A stretch of 38,761 bases of DNA, taken from Candidatus Nanopelagicales bacterium (GTDB lineage Bacteria; Actinomycetota; Actinomycetes; S36-B12). Position 1 is the first letter of the stretch. Every line of letters begins with the position of its first letter. The stretch is taken from positions 1 through 38,761 of the forward strand of contig JBMOIL010000003.1 of the NCBI GenBank assembly GCA_049317345.1, read 5' to 3'. A model generated the notes under the pieces. The model saw only the letters and a list, made by a program, of their open reading frames with translations. It was not told the origin of the DNA and ran no database searches. The translations under genes and the position numbers were made by a program. Shown here in pieces: positions 24,515 to 33,162 of this stretch.

Positions 24515-24632
24515 TCAGCCGCTCGCGGAACCAGTTGCCGACAATGAGCGGAAGCGACCGCCGACAATGAATTGTGCGGCTCAGTATCGATATCACTCGC
24601 ATTCAGCCGCACAATCGCGTGCCTGCGGCTGA
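24515..24632. repeat. Intergenic cluster of inverted and direct repeats (REP-like) between convergent genes
   Basis: GCCGACAATGA at 24537-24547 and 24560-24570. ATTGTGCGGCT (24571-24581) is inverted to AGCCGCACAAT (24605-24615). TCAGCCGCA (24603-24611) is inverted to TGCGGCTGA (24624-24632). Confidence 0.6.
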
Positions 24633-24660
24633 TGCGTCGCCGGCGTGGCGCCGTCGGGGA

Positions 24661-25014
24661 TCAGTTCCAGAAGACGGCGATGACGACGTTGACCAGGGTG
24701 AGGGCCCCGATCGCTCCCCACAGCCCCACCTGCGGGGGCACACGGCGTCGCCCGACGAAGGCGAGCGCCGTGATGATGAGGACGATCACCAGTTTCACGG
24801 CGATCTTGGCGTGGTCGACCTCCTCACCGGGGACGAGGCCGGCCGAGGCGATCCCCACGAGCAATACGCCGGTCACCAGCTGGGTGAGAGCTCCATGGAG
24901 CATCGCGGGGTTGACGCCCTTGTCCGGCGACTTCATCTGGACGAGGAAGCCACCGAGCAGGCTCGCGAGCCCGATGAAGTGGAGGACGACGAGAAGGTTG
25001 TAGACGAATTCCAC
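24661..25014 (-). CDS. Small four-TM integral membrane protein of unknown function
   Basis: Four hydrophobic helices with His residues (LHFIG, MLHGA, DHAKIAVKL), normal codon bias, TAGGGT hexamer 6 nt upstream of the GTG. Confidence 0.85.
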   Translation of the reverse strand: MEFVYNLLVVLHFIGLASLLGGFLVQMKSPDKGVNPAMLHGALTQLVTGVLLVGIASAGLVPGEEVDHAKIAVKLVIVLIITALAFVGRRRVPPQVGLWGAIGALTLVNVVIAVFWN

Positions 25015-25030
25015 GTCTCCACCCTAGTCG

Positions 25031-25115
25031 AGAGGCGGGCTCTGCCCGACTACTCCCACTCGATACCGACCGAGAGTGGGAAGAGGCGGGCTCTGCCCGA
25101 CTACTCCCACTCGAT
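25031..25115. repeat. Exact 34-bp direct repeat of the guaA 3' end (att-like)
   Basis: AGAGGCGGGCTCTGCCCGACTACTCCCACTCGAT at 25031-25064 and 25082-25115, separated by 17 bp. Confidence 0.95.
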
Positions 25116-26675
25116 GGTGCCGGGGGGCTTGCTCGTCACGTCCAGCACCACGCGATTGACATCGCGCACCTCGTTGGTGATGCGCGTCGAGATCCGCGCA
25201 AGCACATCGTAGGGGAGTCGGGACCAGTCTGCGGTCATCGCGTCCTCGCTCGAGACCGGGCGCAAGACGATGGGGTGCCCATAGGTGCGCCCATCCCCCT
25301 GGACGCCTACCGAGCGCACGTCAGCGAGGAGTACGACGGGGAACTGCCATACGTCGCGGTCGAGCCCGGCCGCGGTGAGCTCCTCTCGAGCAATGGCATC
25401 CGCAGCGCGCAGGATGGCCAGCCGCTCCGCGTCTACGGCACCCACGATCCGGATCGCCAGGCCAGGGCCTGGGAAGGGATGGCGCCACACGATCTCAGAC
25501 GGCAGCCCGAGTTCGAGTCCCACCTGGCGGACCTCATCTTTGAAGAGGGTGCGCAACGGCTCCACCAGGGTGAAGGCCAGGTCATCGGGGAGGCCGCCCA
25601 CGTTGTGGTGGCTCTTGATATTTGCCGTGCCCGAGCCGCCACCCGACTCCACCACATCGGGATAGAGCGTGCCTTGCACGAGGAAGTCCACCGTGCGTCC
25701 GGACTCCCCCGCCTGGGCGACAACGTCGCGCGCAGCATCCTCGAACACCCGGATGAATTCACGTCCGATGATTTTGCGCTTCTGCTCCGGGTCGGTCACG
25801 CCAGCAAGAGCATCGAGGAAGCGCCGCTGGGCGTCGACAACGACCAGACGCACGCCCGTCGCGGCGACGAAGTCGCGCTCGACCTGCTCGGCTTCACCGG
25901 CGCGCAGAAGACCGTGATCGACAAAGACGCAGGTGAGCTGGTCACCCACCGCGCGCTGCACCAGCGCCGCCGCGACCGCGGAGTCCACGCCGCCGGAGAG
26001 GCCACAGACGACGAGCCCATCGCCTACCTGCTCGCGAATGCGAGCGACCTGGTCGTCAATCACGCCCTCGGTTGTCCACGTGGGCTCGAGCCCAGCGATG
26101 CCATGGAGGAAGCTCTCGAGGACCTGCTGGCCATGCTCGCTGTGCATCACCTCAGGATGGAATTGGACACCGGCAAGGCGACGATCCAGGGATTCCATGG
26201 CGGCCACCGGGGCCCCGGCACTCGTCGCACTCACCACGAAGCCGTCCGGAGCCCGAGTGACGCTGTCACCGTGCGACATCCACACGGACTGCCGCGCTGG
26301 CAAGCCCGCGAAGAGCGCCGCACCCGCTTCGGTGACCTCGAGCGGCGTCCCGCCGTACTCGCTCAAACCCGTCCGTTCGACCGTGCCGCCGAGGGCCTGC
26401 GCCATCGCCTGGAAGCCGTAGCAAATGCCGAAGACGGGTACGCCGGCGTCGAAGAGCGCGGGATCCACCGACGGGGCGCCGTCCGCGTAGACGCTGCTGG
26501 GACCGCCGGAGAGCACGATCGCGGCGGGCTGCTTGGCGAGCATTTCCGACACGCTCATCGTGTGCGGCACGATCTCGGAGTAGACATGGGCCTCTCGGAC
26601 ACGCCGGGCGATCAGCTGGGCGTATTGGGCCCCGAAGTCGACGACGAGCACGGGTCGGGGTGCAGGCGCAGCCAT
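25101..26675 (-). CDS. guaA: Glutamine-hydrolysing GMP synthase
   Basis: [42 protein letters not shown] and KPPGTIEWE motifs. Start placed at ATG 26675. Confidence 0.97.
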   Translation of the reverse strand: MAAPAPRPVLVVDFGAQYAQLIARRVREAHVYSEIVPHTMSVSEMLAKQPAAIVLSGGPSSVYADGAPSVDPALFDAGVPVFGICYGFQAMAQALGGTVERTGLSEYGGTPLEVTEAGAALFAGLPARQSVWMSHGDSVTRAPDGFVVSATSAGAPVAAMESLDRRLAGVQFHPEVMHSEHGQQVLESFLHGIAGLEPTWTTEGVIDDQVARIREQVGDGLVVCGLSGGVDSAVAAALVQRAVGDQLTCVFVDHGLLRAGEAEQVERDFVAATGVRLVVVDAQRRFLDALAGVTDPEQKRKIIGREFIRVFEDAARDVVAQAGESGRTVDFLVQGTLYPDVVESGGGSGTANIKSHHNVGGLPDDLAFTLVEPLRTLFKDEVRQVGLELGLPSEIVWRHPFPGPGLAIRIVGAVDAERLAILRAADAIAREELTAAGLDRDVWQFPVVLLADVRSVGVQGDGRTYGHPIVLRPVSSEDAMTADWSRLPYDVLARISTRITNEVRDVNRVVLDVTSKPPGTIEWE

Positions 26676-26681
26676 GACGGG

Positions 26682-26687
26682 AGCGTA
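26682..26687 (-). promoter_or_regulatory. -10 hexamer TACGCT, leaderless-type promoter of guaA
   Basis: TANNNT 6 nt before ATG 26675, with no SD. Confidence 0.6.
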
Positions 26688-26688
26688 G

Positions 26689-26997
26689 TCAGATCTCGAG
26701 ATAGGCAACGGCGAGGGCGTACGTCGCAACGCCAAGCGCAACGACGACCAGGGTGATCACGGAGATCGTCACGGCGGCCAAGGCGAGGCCGCGACCACCG
26801 ATGAGACTGCCCGTGTCCGCCCGGCGCACCGCGACTCGGCCGAGGACGAAGCCCAGCACGCTGCCGATGATGGGCAGGATGCCGATGAGGCCGAGAATCG
26901 CCAGCACGAAGGCCCAGATGCCGAGCGAGCTACGGCGCGGGGCCGCATGAGCTCCGGCGCCCGGCACATTCGCACTGGCATGAGTCTGCGTGTCCAC
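26689..26997 (-). CDS. DUF4190-like small membrane protein
   Basis: Two hydrophobic segments separated by G...A......[12 protein letters not shown] at 26997 lies 7 nt after TAGGGT. Confidence 0.75.
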   Translation of the reverse strand: MDTQTHASANVPGAGAHAAPRRSSLGIWAFVLAILGLIGILPIIGSVLGFVLGRVAVRRADTGSLIGGRGLALAAVTISVITLVVVALGVATYALAVAYLEI

Positions 26998-27020
26998 GGG
27001 CAGCACCCTAGGTCACGAAC

Positions 27021-27062
27021 GCAGAAGGGGGGCCGACGCATGTGCGCCAGCCCCCCTTCTGC
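27021..27062. terminator. Intrinsic terminator-like hairpin between the two DUF4190-like genes
   Basis: Perfect 13-bp arms GCAGAAGGGGGGC / GCCCCCCTTCTGC, starting 6 nt after the stop at 27069. Confidence 0.75.
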
Positions 27063-27068
27063 AGTCGG

Positions 27069-27386
27069 TCAGGAGCCGCTGTTCGCAAAGAGTGCTGCGC
27101 CAGCGATGATGTAGACGATCAGCAGCACCACGAAGAGGATCAGGCTGATGATGCCCATGATGTAGCCGGCCTTGGCCTGGCCACCGTTGTCGGCGGTGCC
27201 GGCAGCCGCGGCCGCCATGCCCTTCTTGCCGTAGATGATGGCCACGATCGACAGGATGACCGGGCAGACGAAGAAGCTAAGGATTCCTGTGACCAGCGCG
27301 ATGGTGCCGCTGCCGTTGTCCTGGGTGCCACCACCACCGCCGCCGGCTGCGGCCGGGGGCGTGGGAGGGGGAGGGGTGGTCGACAT
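27069..27386 (-). CDS. DUF4190-like membrane protein with Pro/Gly-rich N-terminus
   Basis: IALVTGILS...IVAIIYG...GGQAKAGYIMGII pattern. SD GGAGGA. Confidence 0.8.
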   Translation of the reverse strand: MSTTPPPPTPPAAAGGGGGGTQDNGSGTIALVTGILSFFVCPVILSIVAIIYGKKGMAAAAAGTADNGGQAKAGYIMGIISLILFVVLLIVYIIAGAALFANSGS

Positions 27387-27577
27387 ACGTCCTCCGAGAT
27401 AGGGGCGCCGGCTCTCGGCGGCCTCGGGGCTGACCGTAGCCCTCCTAGGCCCCCAGGGGAAGCATTAGTCGCGAAACGGCCCCGGGCGGTGCCCTCAGCG
27501 CCTAGCGTCGGCTCTGCCCGTCCGAAGGGGCGGGTGGCGTGCTCTCGGATCGCCCCTCGATCTCACACGGGAGAAAC

Positions 27578-28057
27578 ATGACCCATATCCCCATCAGCGT
27601 GACCGTGGATGGCACGGTCTACGACGTCGAGGTCGAGCCTCGACAACTCCTCGTGCACTTCCTGCGCGAGGACATTGGTCGCGTCGGCACAGTTGTCGGC
27701 TGCGACACATCCAACTGCGGTGCATGCACAGTGCTTCTTGACGGCAAGAGCGTCAAGTCGTGCAGCGTGCTCGCGGTCCAGGCAGACGGCCACCAGGTCC
27801 TCACTGTTCAGGGTCTCGCCGAGGGCGAGCACCAGTGGCACCCGGTCCAGACTGCGTTCAAGGAGTGCCACGGCCTGCAGTGCGGCTACTGCACCCCAGG
27901 AATGGTCATGGCCGCGGTAGACCTGCTCCAGGAGAACCCCAGCCCGAGCGAAGAAGAAATCCGCGAGGGACTCGAGGGCAACCTGTGCCGCTGCACCGGT
28001 TATCACAACATCATTAAGTCGGTCGAGTACGCCGCCGAGCTGATGGGAGGCAAGTGA
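27578..28057 (+). CDS. coxS: Molybdenum hydroxylase small [2Fe-2S] subunit (CoxS/CutS-like)
   Basis: [20 protein letters not shown] and GNLCRCTGY motifs. SD GGGAG before ATG 27578. Confidence 0.93.
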   Translation: MTHIPISVTVDGTVYDVEVEPRQLLVHFLREDIGRVGTVVGCDTSNCGACTVLLDGKSVKSCSVLAVQADGHQVLTVQGLAEGEHQWHPVQTAFKECHGLQCGYCTPGMVMAAVDLLQENPSPSEEEIREGLEGNLCRCTGYHNIIKSVEYAAELMGGK

Positions 28058-30465
28058 TGACCGAGACACTGACTGACGCCAATGCCAATCCGATGGGTCG
28101 GCCGCTCCGCCGCAAGGAGGACGCGCGCCTGCTCCACGGACAGACCAACTGGACCGACAACATCCAGCTGCCCGGCACGCTGCACATGGCGATCCTCCGC
28201 AGCCCCATGGCCCACGCCAAGATCACGAATCTTGACGTCACGCCCGCGCTCAATCGGCCACATGTCGTCGCGGCCTTCGGGGCGAAGGAGCTCGGCGAGC
28301 TCAACGGCTCAGTCCCCTGCGTGTGGCCGGTGACTGACGACATCCAGTTGCCCGGGTTCCCGGCCCTGGCGCTCGACAAGGTCCGCCACGTCGGCGACTG
28401 CGTCGCTGTCGTGCTGGCCACCGACAAGTACGCCGCCGCCGATGCCCTGGACGCCATCGAGGTCGACTACGAGCCGCTCCCCGCGGTCATCGACATGGAG
28501 GCGGCAATCAAGCAGGGCTCGACGGCCGTGCATGACGCTGCCGACGGCAGCCTCGGCACCAACGTCTGCTACGAGTTCCCGCTCAAGCCGCAGGGCGACG
28601 GCGCCTTCGAGGCCGCTGTCAAGGCAGCGGGCGACGATGCGATCGTGGTGAAGCGCCGCTTCATCAACCAGCGCATCATCGCCGGCTACATGGAGCCGCG
28701 CGCGGTCGTCGCATCGCCCATGGGCATGAGCAATGAGATGACCATCTGGTCGGCCACGCAGATCCCGCACATCCTGCGGGTGCTTCTCGCACTCGTCACG
28801 GGAATGCCGGAGAACTCCCTGCGCGTCATCGCCCCGGATGTCGGAGGCGGATTCGGCGGCAAGCTGCAGTGCTACCGCGAGGAGATCCTCGCCGTGCAGA
28901 TCGCCCGCCACCTGGGCCGTCCGGTCAAGTGGACCGAGACCCGCAGCGAGGACATGGTCGCCTCGCATCACGGTCGCGACCAGATCCAGGACATCGAGAT
29001 CGCCGCAACCAAGGACGGCAAGATCATCGGCCTCAAGGTCGATCTCATCGCCAATATGGGCGCCTATCTGCAGATCATCACCCCGGGCATTCCACTGCTG
29101 GGGATGTTCATGTACCCGGCGATCTACAAGATGCCCGTCTACGAGTTCAACTGCGTCGGTGTCTTCACCAACACCACGCCGACCGACGCCATTCGCGGCG
29201 CGGGTCGCCCGGAGGCGACATTCGCCATCGAGCGCATCGTCGACGAACTGGCCGACGAACTTGGCATGGATCCGATGAAGCTGCGTGAGCTCAACTGGAT
29301 CAAGCACGAGGAGTTCCCCTACGCCACCGTTGCCGGTCTCACCTACGACACCGGCAACTATGAGGCCGCCACGGCCAAGGCCATGGACCTCTTCGGCTAC
29401 GACGCACTGCGTGCAGAGCAGGAGCAGCGGCGTGCATCGGGTGACCCCGTGCAGTTGGGCATCGGCATCTCCACCTTCACGGAGATGTGCGGCCTGGCGC
29501 CGTCACGCACACTCGGCGCCCTGAAGTACGTGGCCGGCGGCTGGGAGCACTGCACGATCCGTGCGCTGCCCACCGGCAAGATCGAGCTCATCACGGGCAC
29601 GTCGCCCCACGGGCAGGGACACGAGACGGCGTGGAGCCAGATCGCCGCAAGCATCCTCGGCGTTCCTGTCGATGACATCGAGGTCGTCCACAGCGACACC
29701 GGACGCGCCCCCTACGGCATGGACACCTACGGCTCGCGCTCGCTCGCGGTCGGTGGCCAGGCCATCAAGAAGGCGGCCGAGCGTCTGGTCGAGAAGGCCA
29801 AGGTCATCGCGGCTCACCAGCTCGAGTGCTCGGTGGACGATCTGGAGTTCATCCAGGGCGCCTTCCGCGTCAAGGGCGACCCGGCCAAGTCGCAGCCGCT
29901 TGCCGCGGTTGCCTTCGAGGCCTTCTCCGCGCACAACCTGCCGGACGGTGTCGAGCCGACCCTGCAGGCGGAGGCCACGGTGGATCCGGATGACTTCTCC
30001 TACCCGCATGGAACCCATCTGTGCGCGATCGAGGTCGACACGGAGACCGGCAAGTCGAAGATCCGCAGCTACGTCGCGGTCGACGATGTCGGCGTCCAGG
30101 TCAATCCGCTCATCGTCGAAGGCCAGGTGCACGGCGGCCTCGCATGCGGAATCGGTCAGGCGCTCTACGAGGGCGTGGAGTACGACTCCGACGGCAACCT
30201 GCTCACTGCGAGCTTCGCCGACTACCTCATCCCGAGCGCGGCAGACCTGCCGAGCTTCACCACGGACCGCACGGTGACGCCATCGACGACCAACCCGTTG
30301 GGCACCAAGGGGGTCGGCGAGGCCGGTGCCATCGCGTCCCCGCCGGCGATCATCAACGCCATCGTCGACGCGCTGCGCCCCATGGGTGTCAACGACGTCA
30401 AGATGCCCGCCACGCCAGAGAATGTCTGGCGAGCGATCAATGCCGGCAAGGGAGGTGCCCAGTGA
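28057..30465 (+). CDS. coxL: Molybdenum hydroxylase large molybdopterin subunit (form II CoxL-like, xanthine oxidase family)
   Basis: RKED, MEPR, TQIPH, DVGGGFGGK, AIRGAGRPEA, HGQGHET, TYGSRS, GQVHGG and KGVGE motifs. TGATG coupling with coxS. Substrate unknown. Confidence 0.9.
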   Translation: MTETLTDANANPMGRPLRRKEDARLLHGQTNWTDNIQLPGTLHMAILRSPMAHAKITNLDVTPALNRPHVVAAFGAKELGELNGSVPCVWPVTDDIQLPGFPALALDKVRHVGDCVAVVLATDKYAAADALDAIEVDYEPLPAVIDMEAAIKQGSTAVHDAADGSLGTNVCYEFPLKPQGDGAFEAAVKAAGDDAIVVKRRFINQRIIAGYMEPRAVVASPMGMSNEMTIWSATQIPHILRVLLALVTGMPENSLRVIAPDVGGGFGGKLQCYREEILAVQIARHLGRPVKWTETRSEDMVASHHGRDQIQDIEIAATKDGKIIGLKVDLIANMGAYLQIITPGIPLLGMFMYPAIYKMPVYEFNCVGVFTNTTPTDAIRGAGRPEATFAIERIVDELADELGMDPMKLRELNWIKHEEFPYATVAGLTYDTGNYEAATAKAMDLFGYDALRAEQEQRRASGDPVQLGIGISTFTEMCGLAPSRTLGALKYVAGGWEHCTIRALPTGKIELITGTSPHGQGHETAWSQIAASILGVPVDDIEVVHSDTGRAPYGMDTYGSRSLAVGGQAIKKAAERLVEKAKVIAAHQLECSVDDLEFIQGAFRVKGDPAKSQPLAAVAFEAFSAHNLPDGVEPTLQAEATVDPDDFSYPHGTHLCAIEVDTETGKSKIRSYVAVDDVGVQVNPLIVEGQVHGGLACGIGQALYEGVEYDSDGNLLTASFADYLIPSAADLPSFTTDRTVTPSTTNPLGTKGVGEAGAIASPPAIINAIVDALRPMGVNDVKMPATPENVWRAINAGKGGAQ

Positions 30466-31319
30466 TCCCCATGGCATTCGATTACGTCCGTCCGAGCACG
30501 GTCGACGAGGCCATCTCGGCCCTCGCGGCCGCCGGCGAGGACGGCAAGGTCATCTCGGGCGGCCAGTCCCTCATGCCGGTCCTTCGCCTGCGCATGGCCG
30601 CGCCGACCACGCTGGTCGACATCGGCTCCATTGCGGAGATGAAGGGCATCACGGACGGTGGCGACCACCTGGTGGTCGGCGCCAACGCCACCCACTACGA
30701 GGTGATGAACGACGCCCTCGTCAAGCAGCACGCACCGCTGCTCGCCCAGGCGGCGGGCACGGTGGCCGATCCGGCCATCCGTCACCGCGGCACCTTCGGG
30801 GGATCCCTCGCACACGCCGATCCGGCCGGTGACCTGCCGACCGTGGCGTTGGCACTCGACGCGACCATGGTCGCCAAGGGACCCAACGGCACCCGTGAGA
30901 TCGCGGCGAAGGACTTCTTCGTCGACTACTTCACGAGCGCCCTGGAGCCCGAGGAGATCCTCGTCGCGGTCAAGGTGCCCAAGCTCGGCGACGGGTGGAG
31001 CACCCACTACGAGAAGTTCAACCGCACCGCCCAGGCATGGGCGACGGTCGGCGTCGCAGCTGCTGTGAAGCGGCAGAACGGCACGATCACCGAGGCACGC
31101 GTCGCTCTGACGAACATGGGGCCCTCGCCCGTGCGCGCCAGCAGCGTCGAGGCCGCTCTCGCCGGTGCAGCAGCGACAACGGATGCCATCGCTGCTGCTG
31201 CAGCGAACGCAGCCGATGGGACCCGCCCGACGAGCGATCTGCACGCGTCGGCGGAATTCCGCGAGCACCTCGCCAAGGTGCTCACCAAGCGCGCGGTCTC
31301 GCAGGCCGCGGGCGTCTAG
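30462..31319 (+). CDS. coxM: Molybdenum hydroxylase FAD-binding medium subunit (CoxM/CutM-like)
   Basis: MIP..FDY.RP, SGGQSL.P, IRHRGTFGGSLAHADPAGD and YEKF motifs. GTGA overlap with coxL, SD GGAGG. Confidence 0.92.
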   Translation: MIPMAFDYVRPSTVDEAISALAAAGEDGKVISGGQSLMPVLRLRMAAPTTLVDIGSIAEMKGITDGGDHLVVGANATHYEVMNDALVKQHAPLLAQAAGTVADPAIRHRGTFGGSLAHADPAGDLPTVALALDATMVAKGPNGTREIAAKDFFVDYFTSALEPEEILVAVKVPKLGDGWSTHYEKFNRTAQAWATVGVAAAVKRQNGTITEARVALTNMGPSPVRASSVEAALAGAAATTDAIAAAAANAADGTRPTSDLHASAEFREHLAKVLTKRAVSQAAGV

Positions 31320-31328
31320 CGTTCCGTT

Positions 31329-31368
31329 CGACGTACGGGCCGGTCCTTCGGGGCCGGCCCGTACGTCG
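31329..31368. terminator. Strong hairpin, likely bidirectional terminator between convergent coxM and choD
   Basis: 18-bp stem CGACGTACGGGCCGGTCC / GGGCCGGCCCGTACGTCG (one U-G pair) with a C(UUCG)G tetraloop. Confidence 0.85.
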
Positions 31369-31438
31369 TTGAGTGGCGGGTTGTTGCAGCCGACACGCCG
31401 TGCAGACGTGCGACGAGCAACGCGGCCCTGAACGCGCG

Positions 31439-33136
31439 CTAGCGAACCTCGATGATCGGCAGGCGCAGCGCACCGTAGGCATGCTCGGGGACGACCGGGT
31501 TCTTGGGCGTCACGGCTTCGACCGCGACGTACGAGGTGCCCAGCTCGGGGCGATCGTCGACCTCACCCTTGTTGGGCCACATCGCCATCGCCCGCTCCGC
31601 CTGCGCCGTGATCGTGAGCGACGGATTGACCCCGAGATTGGCGGTGATCGCTGAGCCATCGACGATGTGCAGTCCCGGGTAGCGGAAGACCCGGTGGTAG
31701 GCATCGATCACGCCGGTATCGTCATCGGCCCCGATGACGCATCCACCCACGAAGTGAGCGGTCATCACGGCGTCGAAGTTGTCGAAGGCGTTGGATCCGG
31801 CGACACCATCGATCTGATCGGCAATGCGATGCACGACCTCATCCGAGATGGGGATGTACGACGGAGCCGGATTGGACTCGTCCTTGTTGGTAGCCAGGCG
31901 CCAGCCGAGTCGTCCGCGCTTGCCCGTCAGGCTGAGGGAGTTGTCGACCGGCTGCATGACCAGGGAGATCACGGCTCGCTCGCTCCACTTGCGCACGTTG
32001 ACGAGATACGCCGCATTGCCACGCTGACGCCATAGCTCCTTGCTCCAGGTGCGCCAGCGCGGCTCACCCGGGCGCGGCACGGTGATCACCGACTGCAGGA
32101 GGCCCATGGAGTTCGACCCCTTGCCGTAGCGACAGGGCTCGACGTGCGTGCCGACATCGTCGGGGAAGAAGCTCGAGGTGATCGCGACTCCGCGGGTGTA
32201 GTCCGCCTCCGGCGACTTGGCCACGGCACCCAGGATCGACTCGGAGTTGGTGCGAGATAGGCGGCCCAGCATGCGCGACAGGCGGGGCAACTTGCCCTCG
32301 TCCTTCATGCGGTGAAGGAGCTTCTGGGTGTTGTAGGTGCCTGCGGCCATCACGACCTGCTCGGCGGTGAAGGTCCGGGTGCGTCGCGACAGGCTGCCGG
32401 TGCGCTTGGTCGTGATGGTGTAGCCCCCGCCCTCGCAAGGCGCAATGGAGGTGACCGTCGTGAGGGGGTGCACGACGGCTCCCGCGCCCTCGGCCAAACC
32501 GAGGTAGTTCTTGGGCAGGGTGTTCTTGGCATTGTGCCGGCAGCCGGTCATGCACTCGCCGCACTCGGTGCACCCGGTGCGCTCGGGGCCGACACCGCCG
32601 AAGAACGGATCCGCCTTGGTCACACCGGGACCATCGCCGAAGTAGACGCCGACCGGTGTCATCTGGAAGGTGTGGCCGACGCCCATCTCATCGGCGACCG
32701 CCTTCATGACGACATCACTGGGAGTCATCGTGGGATTCGTGACCACTCCAAGCATGCGCGAAGCCTGGTCGTAATACGGCGCGAGCTCGCTCGCCCAATC
32801 AGTGATGTGTGCCCACTGCTTGTCCTCGAAGAAGCGTTTCGGCGGGACGTAGAGAGTGTTGGCGTAGACGAGGGAGCCACCGCCCACTCCCGCTCCCGCG
32901 AGCACGACCACGTCCTTGAGCACGTGGATACGCTGGATGCCTGTGCATCCCAGTGCCGGGGCCCACAGGAACCGGCGCAGGCGCCAGGAGGTCTTGGGGA
33001 AGTCGGCGTCGGTGAACCGCCGTCCCGCCTCGAGGACACCGACGCGGTAGCCCTTCTCGGTGAGGCGAAGCGCCGACACCGATCCGCCGAAGCCAGAGCC
33101 CACAACCAGGACGTCGTAGTCGAACCCGGACACCAT
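31439..33136 (-). CDS. choD: GMC oxidoreductase, cholesterol oxidase ChoD-like
   Basis: GSGFGGSV, GVGGGSLVYAN, CTECGECMTGC, TAHFVGG and NLGVNPSLTI motifs. SD GGGAGG before ATG 33136. Confidence 0.88.
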   Translation of the reverse strand: MVSGFDYDVLVVGSGFGGSVSALRLTEKGYRVGVLEAGRRFTDADFPKTSWRLRRFLWAPALGCTGIQRIHVLKDVVVLAGAGVGGGSLVYANTLYVPPKRFFEDKQWAHITDWASELAPYYDQASRMLGVVTNPTMTPSDVVMKAVADEMGVGHTFQMTPVGVYFGDGPGVTKADPFFGGVGPERTGCTECGECMTGCRHNAKNTLPKNYLGLAEGAGAVVHPLTTVTSIAPCEGGGYTITTKRTGSLSRRTRTFTAEQVVMAAGTYNTQKLLHRMKDEGKLPRLSRMLGRLSRTNSESILGAVAKSPEADYTRGVAITSSFFPDDVGTHVEPCRYGKGSNSMGLLQSVITVPRPGEPRWRTWSKELWRQRGNAAYLVNVRKWSERAVISLVMQPVDNSLSLTGKRGRLGWRLATNKDESNPAPSYIPISDEVVHRIADQIDGVAGSNAFDNFDAVMTAHFVGGCVIGADDDTGVIDAYHRVFRYPGLHIVDGSAITANLGVNPSLTITAQAERAMAMWPNKGEVDDRPELGTSYVAVEAVTPKNPVVPEHAYGALRLPIIEVR

Positions 33137-33162
33137 CAGCCTCCCAACGATCCCAAACGAGC

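Noticed and set aside
25031-25115. Mini CRISPR array (34-bp repeats with an internal hairpin)
   Set aside because: Only two copies, a 17-bp spacer, one copy is guaA coding sequence, and there are no cas genes in the window.
27355-27376. G-quadruplex motif GGGGGCGTGGGAGGGGGAGGGG
   Set aside because: Fully explained by the proline codons (PPPPTPP) of the minus-strand gene.
27510-27520. GGCTCTGCCCG shared with the guaA repeat
   Set aside because: An 11-bp GC-rich match without the GAGTGGGA core. It may be chance and does not delimit a plausible element.
27387-27577. Moco riboswitch upstream of coxS
   Set aside because: Only a CTCCGAG resemblance, which is the complement of the divergent gene's SD region. 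The characteristic 3' GCCUCCCG...GGAAAGG elements are absent.
30021-30461. N-terminal extensions in the ORF track for coxM, also guaA, folD, sucD, RDD, DMT, choD and the M15-like gene
   Set aside because: The extensions mostly overlap neighbouring genes, and downstream starts have better SD or -10 support and match family N-termini.
28057-30465. Bona fide aerobic CO dehydrogenase or xanthine dehydrogenase
   Set aside because: Lacks the Cu-binding AYxCSFR motif and M-S-L order, and lacks the XDH GGKE and AFRGFG signatures.
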